Assembly (NCBI GenBank): GCA_038279365.1
Contig: JAYODI010000067.1
Coordinates: 1 to 20,230 of the forward strand
Length of the DNA stretch: 20,230 nucleotides
Direction: 5' to 3'
From: Candidatus Latescibacterota bacterium
Lineage (GTDB): Bacteria > Latescibacterota > UBA2968
The number at the start of each line of letters is the position of its first letter. The first letter of the stretch is position 1. Below the pieces are notes generated by a model. It made no database searches. It saw only the letters and a program-made list of their open reading frames with translations, and was not told the DNA's origin. Positions 1 to 8,901 of this stretch are shown here, piece after piece. The translations under genes were made by a program, and so were the position numbers.

Positions 1-139
1 CGGTCACAATCTCAGTAAAAGTTTGCCGATACGGTGATGATTCACCCGGAGCCAACCCACCCCGATCAATTTCATAAAGCGCCACGCCTTCGCGCGGAGA
101 GCCTTCTAAAACAAATACACGGACTTCTGTAATCTTCAT
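1..139 (-). CDS. Mandelate racemase/muconate lactonizing enzyme (enolase superfamily) protein, N-terminal fragment running off the window edge
   Basis: Not in the ORF track. ATG at 139 (minus) preceded by AAGGTGGA; translates MKITEVRVFVLEGSPREGVALYEIDRGGLAPGESSPYRQTFTEIVT..., the typical MKIT.V...(E)I.TD start of MR/MLE-family proteins. Only 46 codons visible. Confidence 0.6.
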   Translation of the reverse strand, partial: MKITEVRVFVLEGSPREGVALYEIDRGGLAPGESSPYRQTFTEIVT

Positions 140-274
140 CTATTCCACCTTTATGATCATTTCTTTTTAAAAAACTCTGCTTGTGCATTGATCAAACCCA
201 AAGTCATAACACCCACCCTCTTCATTACAGTCCAAAGGGAAAAACTTCGGCGAAGGTAATCCTATTGCCTCACA

Positions 275-1039
275 TTAATAATCGGCTTTGCTTGCATCGC
301 CATCAAAAAACAACGATTTTCGAGAACTAAAATAAGGTGGTTCAAACAGCAATTCTTGTCTGGGTGTTAACGTCACACCTTCGGGGGGTTGAATATGTTT
401 GGGCGACCATGATTGTTGCGCCGGGCTGTATTTGAATAACAGCGATCGACGTTCGTGATCAGCCGTCCAAGCTGCGGTACCATGTGTTAATGCCTCCGTA
501 AAAATAACCAACGATCCCGCCTTGGCTTTGGGCACCACCACACATTCGGCATCGGTGTGGGCTTCTCGAAATTCTTTAGGCAAACGATAGTTGGCTTTGT
601 GACTTCCCGGTACACAACAAAACCCACCGTGTTCTGGCCCCGCATCCGTCAAATTCCAAGCCACAACCGTCAAACCATTATACATACGTCCTTCGCGGTA
701 GTGATAATATTCGGGTGGGTCATACGGTGTGTTTGATCCATGAAGCCCATTCACCGTGCCACCTTTTTCCATATAAATGGCATAATAATGATCCATACGA
801 AATCCATCGCCCAAAATAAACTTTAAAAGCGGCATAATGCGTTCATGGTCAATGAGATCCACAAACGCTTGCCCCCACGACAAAAAACCACCCGCATGGC
901 GCTTATTTGTTTCTTCATTTACGCCTGGGTGGTTTTTGTCAATCAACCCGTTTAAAATATTCAATGCGTCTTGTGACAAAACATCTTCCACAACCAAATA
1001 CCCACGCAAATCAAAGAGATACTTTTCTTTTTCTGTCAT
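275..1039 (-). CDS. Phytanoyl-CoA dioxygenase (PhyH) family Fe(II)/2-oxoglutarate enzyme
   Basis: Motifs FDLRGYLVVEDVLS, WNLTD...GGFCCVPGSHK, KAGSLVIF...HGT, RRSL. Start moved from 1111 to ATG 1039 (GGGGAGG SD; removes the overlap with the upstream gene); 254 aa. Confidence 0.88.
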   Translation of the reverse strand: MTEKEKYLFDLRGYLVVEDVLSQDALNILNGLIDKNHPGVNEETNKRHAGGFLSWGQAFVDLIDHERIMPLLKFILGDGFRMDHYYAIYMEKGGTVNGLHGSNTPYDPPEYYHYREGRMYNGLTVVAWNLTDAGPEHGGFCCVPGSHKANYRLPKEFREAHTDAECVVVPKAKAGSLVIFTEALTHGTAAWTADHERRSLLFKYSPAQQSWSPKHIQPPEGVTLTPRQELLFEPPYFSSRKSLFFDGDASKADY

Positions 1040-1058
1040 TTTCACAACCTCCCCAGAG

Positions 1059-1364
1059 TTATTTCTTTTTAAATTTTTGACTGCCAGCAATAAGTGTGAT
1101 AACACCGCCATACATCACCACAATCAAATAAAGCATACCCATAACCATACCAAGCGTTTTATTGGCCATCCAAGACGAAACAAAAACCGCCCCAAAAGAC
1201 AACACGCCCATAACCAACATCACATTGCCCGTCCACTTGGCCAGTCCATTTTTGTCTTCATATTCGTCGGCCTTATAACCTGCCAAAATCTCAACCCACT
1301 TGCCCACCCTTAATACAAGACCCAAAACAAGGAGCAAGATCCCAGTTAATGTAAATGCAAGCAT
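1059..1364 (-). CDS. Small membrane protein, DUF3784-like
   Basis: 101 aa, three hydrophobic helices, ILAGY...DKNGLAKWTG loop resembling DUF3784, basic C-terminus; AGGGG SD; sits in line with its neighbours. Confidence 0.65.
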   Translation of the reverse strand: MLAFTLTGILLLVLGLVLRVGKWVEILAGYKADEYEDKNGLAKWTGNVMLVMGVLSFGAVFVSSWMANKTLGMVMGMLYLIVVMYGGVITLIAGSQKFKKK

Positions 1365-1373
1365 ATCTGCCCC

Positions 1374-2159
1374 CTATCCTGCCAATTCAATCAGCCCCTT
1401 CACGGTTGCAAACCAAGCACCTTGATCTTTGGCATATTGAATCACATCTTTCACCACTTGCACTTCGCCAGGGTTAATCATCAACATCCACGGGTGCACC
1501 ACCAACCCAGTCATCAACCCCTTCTCTTTTGCCCAATCCAAATTGGCCATCCACTTTTGGCGTGCATAAGTCGGGCTAAAGGCTTCCTCATGCACCTCTG
1601 CCCAATACGGTCGCCGGTCGGTATAATCCGATGCCCCTCTGTTTTGACCACCCGGAATAAGCACCTTTAAATCGGTTCCCTCAACAACTCGCCATTGTGG
1701 CACCACTGCATCTTTGTCTCGTATACGCGACTCCACATACGTGATACCCATCTCAGCCGCCGCCTGCAACGTGTGTTCATCAGCCATGCCATGATGCGGG
1801 CACCCAATCCCTTGCACCGTTATGCCACAAGCCGATGCAATACTGTCTCGCATACGCCGCATTTCATGTCGTTGTTCATTTAACGGGCGCCCTTGAAATG
1901 CTGGCTCATGATACATGCCATGCCCATATACCTCATGGCCAGCTTCAACAATATCGGCTATCAAATTGGGAAACATCTCTGCCGTAATGCCCAACACACA
2001 AAAAGACACATGCACATCTAACTCAGCCAGCATATCCAACAAATTGATCACCGACACTTTGGTCAACCGATAATCACCCGTATAACGCTGAGCTTCTACA
2101 TGCTCGACATCAATGCGCAACTTAAATGCGAAGGTATGTCCATGCCAATCCATTGTCAT
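1374..2159 (-). CDS. Polysaccharide deacetylase (NodB/CE4-like) family protein
   Basis: IDVE (motif 1), GHEVYGHGMYH (metal-binding HxxxH), LVVHPW (motif 5); GGAGG SD; ATGA overlap with the upstream gene. Confidence 0.82.
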   Translation of the reverse strand: MTMDWHGHTFAFKLRIDVEHVEAQRYTGDYRLTKVSVINLLDMLAELDVHVSFCVLGITAEMFPNLIADIVEAGHEVYGHGMYHEPAFQGRPLNEQRHEMRRMRDSIASACGITVQGIGCPHHGMADEHTLQAAAEMGITYVESRIRDKDAVVPQWRVVEGTDLKVLIPGGQNRGASDYTDRRPYWAEVHEEAFSPTYARQKWMANLDWAKEKGLMTGLVVHPWMLMINPGEVQVVKDVIQYAKDQGAWFATVKGLIELAG

Positions 2160-3202
2160 GCCTCCGTTCCATCAAGAACAACCGTTTCACCGGTTTCATG
2201 TGCGCGTTTATAGGCCAAAATCAAATCCAAAGTACGAAGCCCTTCAACCTGCATCAACAGCGGATCACCCTCACCACGGCACACCGCCAACCAAGCATCT
2301 AATTCGCGTTGGGTATGATTCCATGTAGGCACATCTCTTTTATCAATGCCATCGGGTGTATGCACCTCTATATCATTGCCCACAATGGCCAATGCCCCTT
2401 CATCGCCAATTACATAAGCCGATCGTGCAGGTGGAAATGGGTGATGCATGGAAAGCACCAAATCGACAGATGCCATCGCCCCATTAACACAGGAGATCAA
2501 ACACTTGCCATTGTCAATATATGGAATACCTCGGTGATCCAAATTTTCACCCACCCCCATCACGGTTACGGGCTCACTTTGCATCAACATACGCATCGCA
2601 TCAAAGGCATAAAAACCCACTTCAAGCTCTGGGCCCGCCGCCATAGATGTATCACTCTTCCACCCGCCCAGCGTCAAATGGTGCGCCATAGAAAAATGCC
2701 CACTGATGGGGCGACCAATGGCACCTTGTGTTACAATGTCCATAGCGGTTGCCCAAAGAGGGCGAAAGCGCTGTGGCAAATCGGGTGTGGCAATCACACC
2801 CTTTTTTTGCGCAGCACCAAAAATGCGTTCGGCCTCTTCGCGCGATTTGGCAAATGGTTTGGGCAAAAAAACATGCATCCCACCATCAATCGTACGCATC
2901 GCATACTTTTCACGCAAATAATCTTCCGTACAAATGCACAATGCGTCGGGCTTGCCTTTTTCGATCAACTCATCTGCCGACTCATACACAGGCACACCAA
3001 AGGTTTCGGCATACCCTTCTATTGTCTTCGGATACTTTGTGAGCCACGGCAAATTGAGTGCATCTCGAATATACTTGGGGTCGCGCCCCAAATAAGCCAT
3101 GCCCACAAATTCCACATTGGGCAATTCACCCAATGCTTGGCCGTAATGCAAGCTATAACTCGACACGGCACCAATGATGCCCACTCTTATTTTTTCGGCC
3201 AT
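2156..3202 (-). CDS. Gfo/Idh/MocA family NAD(P)-dependent oxidoreductase
   Basis: IRVGIIGA Rossmann start, DALCICT, HVFLPKP (EKP-like), QRF.P, GAIGRP, GDEG. Start placed at ATG 3202 after AAGGGG. Confidence 0.88.
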   Translation of the reverse strand: MAEKIRVGIIGAVSSYSLHYGQALGELPNVEFVGMAYLGRDPKYIRDALNLPWLTKYPKTIEGYAETFGVPVYESADELIEKGKPDALCICTEDYLREKYAMRTIDGGMHVFLPKPFAKSREEAERIFGAAQKKGVIATPDLPQRFRPLWATAMDIVTQGAIGRPISGHFSMAHHLTLGGWKSDTSMAAGPELEVGFYAFDAMRMLMQSEPVTVMGVGENLDHRGIPYIDNGKCLISCVNGAMASVDLVLSMHHPFPPARSAYVIGDEGALAIVGNDIEVHTPDGIDKRDVPTWNHTQRELDAWLAVCRGEGDPLLMQVEGLRTLDLILAYKRAHETGETVVLDGTEA

Positions 3203-3234
3203 ACAACCCCTTATCACTGACAAACGCGTTAGAA

Positions 3235-4302
3235 TTATAACGGGAGTTCAATGGGTCTGTGTTCTTCGCCCGAACGATAAGCCGCCACCAACACCTCAAG
3301 TGTGCGACGCCCCTCTTCACCTGGAATATCGGCTGGGCGACCTTCAAGGGCCGACAAAGAAAAACGGTCAATATAATCTAAAAATGGATAAATATTGGCA
3401 TCAAACGTCAACGTGGTCCAATCTCCCTTGGTCAAACCGTCAACATCCTTATCGGTATAGACCAACAACTCACCCTTGTTAAACACAATTTGTCCAGCCG
3501 TACCATAAATGCGATTGCCCGACAATTCCGTTCCACGAATCCCCACAGCCTTTGCTCCTGGCACACATGAAGAGGCAACAATGGTACCCAATGCACCATT
3601 GCTAAACCGCAAAGTCACCGTAATAAAATCTTCTATTTCTGCATCGGTGCGAAACGTATCCATTTCAGTAAACACCCGCTTCACATCCAAATCGGTAATA
3701 AACAACATCCGATGAATGTCGTAGATATAATTCATAATTAAAATACCACCACCCGACTGTTCTTTAGACATGCGCCACGTGGTATGCACACGGTTGCTAT
3801 ACCCACCCGTCCAATAACTCAAAGGCTTGTTCGACGCACCTTGAATTTGCACCGCCATCACCTCACCAATGGCCCCTTGCTGAACCAGTTCTCTGGCCTT
3901 AATGGTAGCATCGTGATACCGCACACCACCTTCTTTGGCAGAGCACAAAACCCCATTTTTTTTGCACGCTGCCAACAGTGCATCGGCATCTTCCATCGTC
4001 GTTGCCATGGGTTTTTCAACAATCACATGCTTTCCTGCTTCCGCTGCTTGAATCCCCAAAGGAGCATGTAAAAAGTGTGGCGTAGACACAATGACGGCTT
4101 CCACTTCGGGGTGATTGAGTACGGCATCCAAATCGGTACCACAGGGGATACCAAATTCTTTTTCATAAGATTCAGCCACATCAGCAACGGGGTCTACCCC
4201 TATTACCATGCGAGAATGTTGGGCTTGCTGAAATAATTTTCCCGTCGACTTATACGCAATCTCACCCAAACCAATCAAACCATATCCAAGTTTTTTTGCC
4301 AT
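3235..4302 (-). CDS. Gfo/Idh/MocA family NAD(P)-dependent oxidoreductase
   Basis: GLIGLGEI, AVIVSTPHFLH, AGKHVIVEKPMA, GAIGEV, WR...SGGG, ED...LRFSNGALG; GGAGAGG SD. Confidence 0.92.
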   Translation of the reverse strand: MAKKLGYGLIGLGEIAYKSTGKLFQQAQHSRMVIGVDPVADVAESYEKEFGIPCGTDLDAVLNHPEVEAVIVSTPHFLHAPLGIQAAEAGKHVIVEKPMATTMEDADALLAACKKNGVLCSAKEGGVRYHDATIKARELVQQGAIGEVMAVQIQGASNKPLSYWTGGYSNRVHTTWRMSKEQSGGGILIMNYIYDIHRMLFITDLDVKRVFTEMDTFRTDAEIEDFITVTLRFSNGALGTIVASSCVPGAKAVGIRGTELSGNRIYGTAGQIVFNKGELLVYTDKDVDGLTKGDWTTLTFDANIYPFLDYIDRFSLSALEGRPADIPGEEGRRTLEVLVAAYRSGEEHRPIELPL

Positions 4303-4350
4303 GTATTCCTCTCCCGTTGAATGGCGTTGTCACGCTTTTGTGCATGAATG

Positions 4351-5100
4351 TTATATCACAACTTCTCTTCTGACACCACGCAAATCCATTTCAAATTCAA
4401 TCTCAACAATGGGGGGCCGCGCATGAAACCACTGCACCCCGTGAATGGCCGAATCACCCATCTTGGGAAACACCACATCTTCCAACACATCAATCACTGG
4501 ATGAACTGTATAGACACTTGCACTCGAAACCGCATTCCAAGAACCACCCAAACCCGTCATGCGTTTTTCCATCACCTGCATCACATACACCGCTTTTTCG
4601 TGCATTGCCTCAGAAGAGGTTTCACCACGCCGAATAATGGCCTCAGAAATCAACTTAGGAGAATTCAACTCTCCAGCACCTGCGGCCACAAATGTTTTTC
4701 CTACAGGCCCCTGAGCCGGAACTGTATAGGAAAAGCCATATAACGCAGGTGCTTCAAAACCGCCAAACGCAGGTGACACATTTGTTCTGGCCACAGGATT
4801 CATATCGTCTAAATACAAATCCAAATCTTTCAAAACCTCACAATAGACCTCATTAAATGCCACAAACCCATCCATTGAATAAGGTTCTGGGCAACGCAAT
4901 TCCACACCACAAAGTGCAAACAGTTCTTGACCTTCGTCCTTTAAATGTTCAGACAGTCTCTCAAAGCCTTTTTGCCACTGCAAAGGTTTTTGAAAGTGTG
5001 CATGTACAATCTCATAACCAGGCAATGCAACCGCACCACTGGAATAAGGTGCAATACCTTTTAAAAAAGCAAAATGGCCACGTTCATTTTCAACCAACAT
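4351..5100 (-). CDS. CnbZ-like (2-amino-5-chloromuconate deaminase family) protein, RidA-like fold
   Basis: PYSSGAVALPGYEI, LCGVELRCPEP, GFVAFNEVY, NPVARTNVSP, FSYTVP, TFVAAGAGE and ARPPIVEIEFEMDLRGV match my recollection of CnbZ-family sequences; GAGGAGG SD. Confidence 0.72.
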   Translation of the reverse strand: MLVENERGHFAFLKGIAPYSSGAVALPGYEIVHAHFQKPLQWQKGFERLSEHLKDEGQELFALCGVELRCPEPYSMDGFVAFNEVYCEVLKDLDLYLDDMNPVARTNVSPAFGGFEAPALYGFSYTVPAQGPVGKTFVAAGAGELNSPKLISEAIIRRGETSSEAMHEKAVYVMQVMEKRMTGLGGSWNAVSSASVYTVHPVIDVLEDVVFPKMGDSAIHGVQWFHARPPIVEIEFEMDLRGVRREVVI

Positions 5101-5109
5101 ATCCCCTCC

Positions 5110-6123
5110 TCAAATTGCCAACTGGTCAAAATAGGGTTTCATAGAATACTGCGCCTCAAATCCCATCAAGTCTTTGGCCAATCGCCAATCAATCAACGAT
5201 GCCGAATCCTCTAAGTGGCCACGCACAGGCACATTGGGATAAAACAAATCTGCCAACACTTTTGATTCTTCACCAATCACATTGTGTTGATCCACAATAA
5301 ACACAGGATGACTGCCTTCATAATCGGCCACCAACGCGCGTTCCATCCCCACATTGGCATCTCGTGGATCTACGAATGAAAAATAATTATGTACCAGATT
5401 CATCGTCTGCAATTCAACAGGTGTCAGACCCTCCCATTCGCGTTTTGTTTCCCACGGTGAAACGGCACGGTTTTTGTCATACACATTTTGAATACGCGTC
5501 ACTTCAGCACGACGTTCCCCCTCAGACATGGCCAACAAATCGCGAATCAACTGCCGGATAGCACAAAAGCGATCTTTGTTTTCTCCTGCAAAATCTTCAA
5601 CCACCACATTGAGCCCAGCGCCAAATCGCACACAAGCACTGCTGATGCCTTCTCGTCGCCAAAAATATTGGCCAATATCCTCCAAAATTTTTTTGCTAAA
5701 TGAATACGCATCGGTTGTAAATGACGGATGCGCTTCATCAACAGGCAAATAATCCAGTTGAAACCCTTTGCGCCCAAAAAAGAAACCAATCGCATTTACA
5801 GAACTGGCCGCCACAACTCGTTTGATCCCCAGCTCTGCACACGCCTGAAAAACGTGAAACGCCGCATAGTCGTTTAATTCAAAAATCTTTTCGGGTGTGC
5901 CTTCTCGGGGAGATGCCAACGCCGCCAAATGCAACACCGCATCCGCCCCAGCAACGCTTGCTTTGACGGCTTCATAATCTTTTAAATCACACGTGTGAAA
6001 TGCCACACCGGGTGTGTTTGCATCCACCACATCTACACCACGCACATCAAAGCCACGATCCACCAAGTGCGCACACACACGTTTTCCAACACGCCCAGAA
6101 CTGCCCGTTACCAAAACCCGCAT
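5110..6123 (-). CDS. NAD-dependent epimerase/dehydratase family (extended SDR) protein
   Basis: MRVLVTGSSGRVG, DAVLHLAA, ASS, YSFSK (YxxxK), FVDPRD. Start moved to ATG 6123 after GAGGT, which removes the overlap with the upstream SDR. Confidence 0.88.
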   Translation of the reverse strand: MRVLVTGSSGRVGKRVCAHLVDRGFDVRGVDVVDANTPGVAFHTCDLKDYEAVKASVAGADAVLHLAALASPREGTPEKIFELNDYAAFHVFQACAELGIKRVVAASSVNAIGFFFGRKGFQLDYLPVDEAHPSFTTDAYSFSKKILEDIGQYFWRREGISSACVRFGAGLNVVVEDFAGENKDRFCAIRQLIRDLLAMSEGERRAEVTRIQNVYDKNRAVSPWETKREWEGLTPVELQTMNLVHNYFSFVDPRDANVGMERALVADYEGSHPVFIVDQHNVIGEESKVLADLFYPNVPVRGHLEDSASLIDWRLAKDLMGFEAQYSMKPYFDQLAI

Positions 6124-6136
6124 TGGATACCTCGCT

Positions 6137-6964
6137 TTATCGCAATTCAATACCTGGGTGGTCACGGAAAAACTTTGCCTGTGCCCATCCAAAATTTTCT
6201 TGTAGTTGGATGGTCAACCCACCATCAACCGCCAACGATTGCCCCGTAATAAACGATGCTTCATCTGAGCACAAAAAACGAACCGCATTGGCAATGTCTT
6301 CTGGTTTACCAGCACGCCGAACTGGGTATTGCGCCTCTGTTATCGCAAACAAACCAGGGTTTTTCTTCCAATTCTCGGCAATCTTCTCCGTCACAATATG
6401 CCCAGGACACACGGCATTCACACGAATACCCTTGGGGCCAAAATCAATGGCCATCTGTCGTGTCATGCCCACCACAGCTGTTTTGGCCGTGTCATAAGCC
6501 AATGTATTAGGTGCAGCCAACAACCCATGTACCGAAGCCGTGTTCACAATCGCCCCACCACCCGACTTGACCATTTCGGGCACCGCAAATTTGACCCCTA
6601 AAAAAATGGCCTTGGTTAAAATATTCATCACCCAATCCCACGAACTCTCGGTCAAGGTCTCGGCACTGCCATCGGGCTCTTTACGCCCCCACCCATTGTT
6701 CACCAAAATATCCAATCGCCCCCACACATCTACTGCATGTTTTACCATTGCCTCAATGTCTTCGCGCTTAGTCAAATCGGTCACGCACGCTTCTGCTTGC
6801 CCACCTGCTTGGCGAATACGTGCAACATTTTCTTCGGCCCATTCGCCATTTACATCGGCCACCAACACCCGTGCACCTTCTTCGGCCAACCGACGCGCCG
6901 TTGCCCCACCAATGCCACGTGCCCCACCTGTTACAATGGCCACACGGTCTTGTAAACTCGACAT
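6137..6964 (-). CDS. Short-chain dehydrogenase/reductase (classical SDR)
   Basis: TGGARGIG, LDILVNNG, NTAS, YDTAK, IRVNAVCPG, FITGQSLAVDGG. Start at ATG 6964 after GGAGAAG. Confidence 0.93.
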   Translation of the reverse strand: MSSLQDRVAIVTGGARGIGGATARRLAEEGARVLVADVNGEWAEENVARIRQAGGQAEACVTDLTKREDIEAMVKHAVDVWGRLDILVNNGWGRKEPDGSAETLTESSWDWVMNILTKAIFLGVKFAVPEMVKSGGGAIVNTASVHGLLAAPNTLAYDTAKTAVVGMTRQMAIDFGPKGIRVNAVCPGHIVTEKIAENWKKNPGLFAITEAQYPVRRAGKPEDIANAVRFLCSDEASFITGQSLAVDGGLTIQLQENFGWAQAKFFRDHPGIELR

Positions 6965-6996
6965 ATCTTCTTCTCCGTTTTTCAATAAATTTCAGC

Positions 6997-7018
6997 GCAG
7001 GAATAAATTCTGCCCTAC
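6997..7018 (-). repeat. Possible single GTAG-type REP-like palindrome
   Basis: Minus strand reads GTAGG-GCAGAAT-TT-ATTCCTGC: a GTAG tetranucleotide followed by an imperfect hairpin, in an intergenic gap. Only one copy in the window. Confidence 0.3.
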
Positions 7019-7123
7019 CAATGGGAAAGTCCTGCGGACTCAAAATCACTATCAAACCATTGGCGATTCATTGAAATGACTTTCATAAACAAACACTCCA
7101 AAAGTCGCTTCGACATTCATCCC

Positions 7124-8059
7124 CTAATTTCCAACTTCTGTTTGATTGATCGGGGTATGATGACGCCCTTTCATCAGCTTTGTAAGCGCATCATTATACG
7201 GTGCTTTGAGGCCCAATTTTTCACTTTCGCGTACCACATATCCATTCAGTGCATCAATTTCGGTCATGCGTCCCCGATCCAAATGTTGTTTCATTGACAC
7301 GCGATGAAACTTAACAGCAGAATATTCCTTTATAAATTTTAGTGGATTTTTCTCGGGTATTTGGATGCCCTTTGCCTGAACCAATGCCAAAACCTCTTCA
7401 ATAATCAATGTTTGAAATTCATCCAATTCGGGTACCTCGCGAATATGGCCAGGGCGCAGATTGGTAATGGCACAAATGGCATTCAACCCACAATTGTGCA
7501 CAAACTTGCCCCAAATGGTCGCCATAATATCGTCTTCCAAAACAGGCTCCACATCAGCCTTGTGCATACGGTCATATACGGCTTGTAACCGCTCAGATTT
7601 GACCTTGTTCAACTCCCCCAAATAGGTGGGCCCTTTGTTGGTATGTGTCACCTGTCCTGGTGCTTTCAGATCGCCACTGTGAAAAGTCAACCCCGCCATC
7701 ACACGATCTTGCCCCAACACCTCGGTCAACACCTCCACATTGCCCAATCCATTTTGCAATGTCAGCGCAAACCCATCGTCCTTAAGCAAGGCCTTTGCCG
7801 CTTCTGCGGCATCACGCGTGTTATACGCATTTACCGTAATAATGGCCACATCGGCTTTTTTTGCTTCGGCAGGATGCATTGTTGCATCCACTTTGGCAAC
7901 AAAGTCTCCGTGTAAACCCGACATCTGTAACCCACCCGCACGCATGGCATTAACGTGATCTTCCCACACATCAATCATGGTCACATCTTCGCCAATACGT
8001 GCCAAATTTGCGCCATAAACACAGCCCATATTGCCAGCACCAATCACTGCAAAATGCAT
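7124..8059 (-). CDS. Ketopantoate reductase (PanE/ApbA) family protein
   Basis: VIGAGNMG, LTLQNGLG, IWGKFVHNCGLN (catalytic Lys), SMKQH...TEIDALNG (catalytic Glu). Start is ATG 8059 or GTG 8065 after AAAGGGG. Confidence 0.9.
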   Translation of the reverse strand: MHFAVIGAGNMGCVYGANLARIGEDVTMIDVWEDHVNAMRAGGLQMSGLHGDFVAKVDATMHPAEAKKADVAIITVNAYNTRDAAEAAKALLKDDGFALTLQNGLGNVEVLTEVLGQDRVMAGLTFHSGDLKAPGQVTHTNKGPTYLGELNKVKSERLQAVYDRMHKADVEPVLEDDIMATIWGKFVHNCGLNAICAITNLRPGHIREVPELDEFQTLIIEEVLALVQAKGIQIPEKNPLKFIKEYSAVKFHRVSMKQHLDRGRMTEIDALNGYVVRESEKLGLKAPYNDALTKLMKGRHHTPINQTEVGN

Positions 8060-8079
8060 ATTCACATCCCCTTTAAAAA

Positions 8080-8853
8080 TTACAAATCACTGCGCCAACT
8101 GTCACCCACATCGGCGGTTTGACCACCATCAACCGCCAAAATCGCTCCCGTTATAAAAGACGCCTCATCAGAAGCCAAAAACAAAACCGCTTGTGCCAAC
8201 TCTTTGGACGTGCCCAACCGCCCCATCGGAAACGTACGGGCAAATGTATCGCGCACATCATCGGGCAAATTTTCACGCAACATGGCTGTATCTGTTGGCC
8301 CAGGTGCAATGGCATTGACCCTCACATTGTCTTTGGCATGATCAATGGCCATCGCCTTGGTCAAAAGCGTCACGCCACCCTTTGATGCCACATAAGCCGC
8401 CGTATTGCCTTTGGCATCATGCGCACCCGTAGACGACGACACATTCACAATCGCGCCACCACCGTGTTTTATCATCTCAGGAATCACGGCCCGACAACAC
8501 AAAAACGTCCCATCCAAATTCACGCCCATCACACGCCGCCACACCTCATAGTCCATATCAATCACCGAACCAAAGGCCAAAATACCTGCACAATTAAACA
8601 AAATATCCACACCACCAAAAACCACCACCGTTTGATCGGCCATTGCCTTCACAGATGCCTCATCCGACACATCCACCTGACAAAACTGCGCTTGCCCACC
8701 TCCTTCGACAATACCCTGTGCCACATCTTGACCAGACAATGCATAATCGGCCACCATCACGCGGGCACCTTCTCGGGCAAATAACTCGGCCGTCGCTTTG
8801 CCAATGCCAGACCCACCACCGGTAACAATGGCAATTTTATTCTGTAGTTTCAT
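8080..8853 (-). CDS. Short-chain dehydrogenase/reductase (classical SDR)
   Basis: TGGGSGIG, DVSD, NCAG, NVSS, YVASK, VRVNAIAPG, FITGAILAVDGG. Confidence 0.93.
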   Translation of the reverse strand: MKLQNKIAIVTGGGSGIGKATAELFAREGARVMVADYALSGQDVAQGIVEGGGQAQFCQVDVSDEASVKAMADQTVVVFGGVDILFNCAGILAFGSVIDMDYEVWRRVMGVNLDGTFLCCRAVIPEMIKHGGGAIVNVSSSTGAHDAKGNTAAYVASKGGVTLLTKAMAIDHAKDNVRVNAIAPGPTDTAMLRENLPDDVRDTFARTFPMGRLGTSKELAQAVLFLASDEASFITGAILAVDGGQTADVGDSWRSDL

Positions 8854-8901
8854 AGATTTTATCTTTTCTTGTCAACAACCATGGGCGCAAAAACCGCGCA
8901 C

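Noticed and set aside
236-272. Two small hairpins after the PhyH stop codon as a terminator
   Set aside because: Stems are short or overlapping with a minimal loop; possible but not supportable.
2309-3220. 303-aa plus-strand ORF and other long antisense ORFs (837-1313, 6540-7079, 16350-16829)
   Set aside because: They lie opposite well-supported genes and show no recognisable motifs; shadow ORFs.
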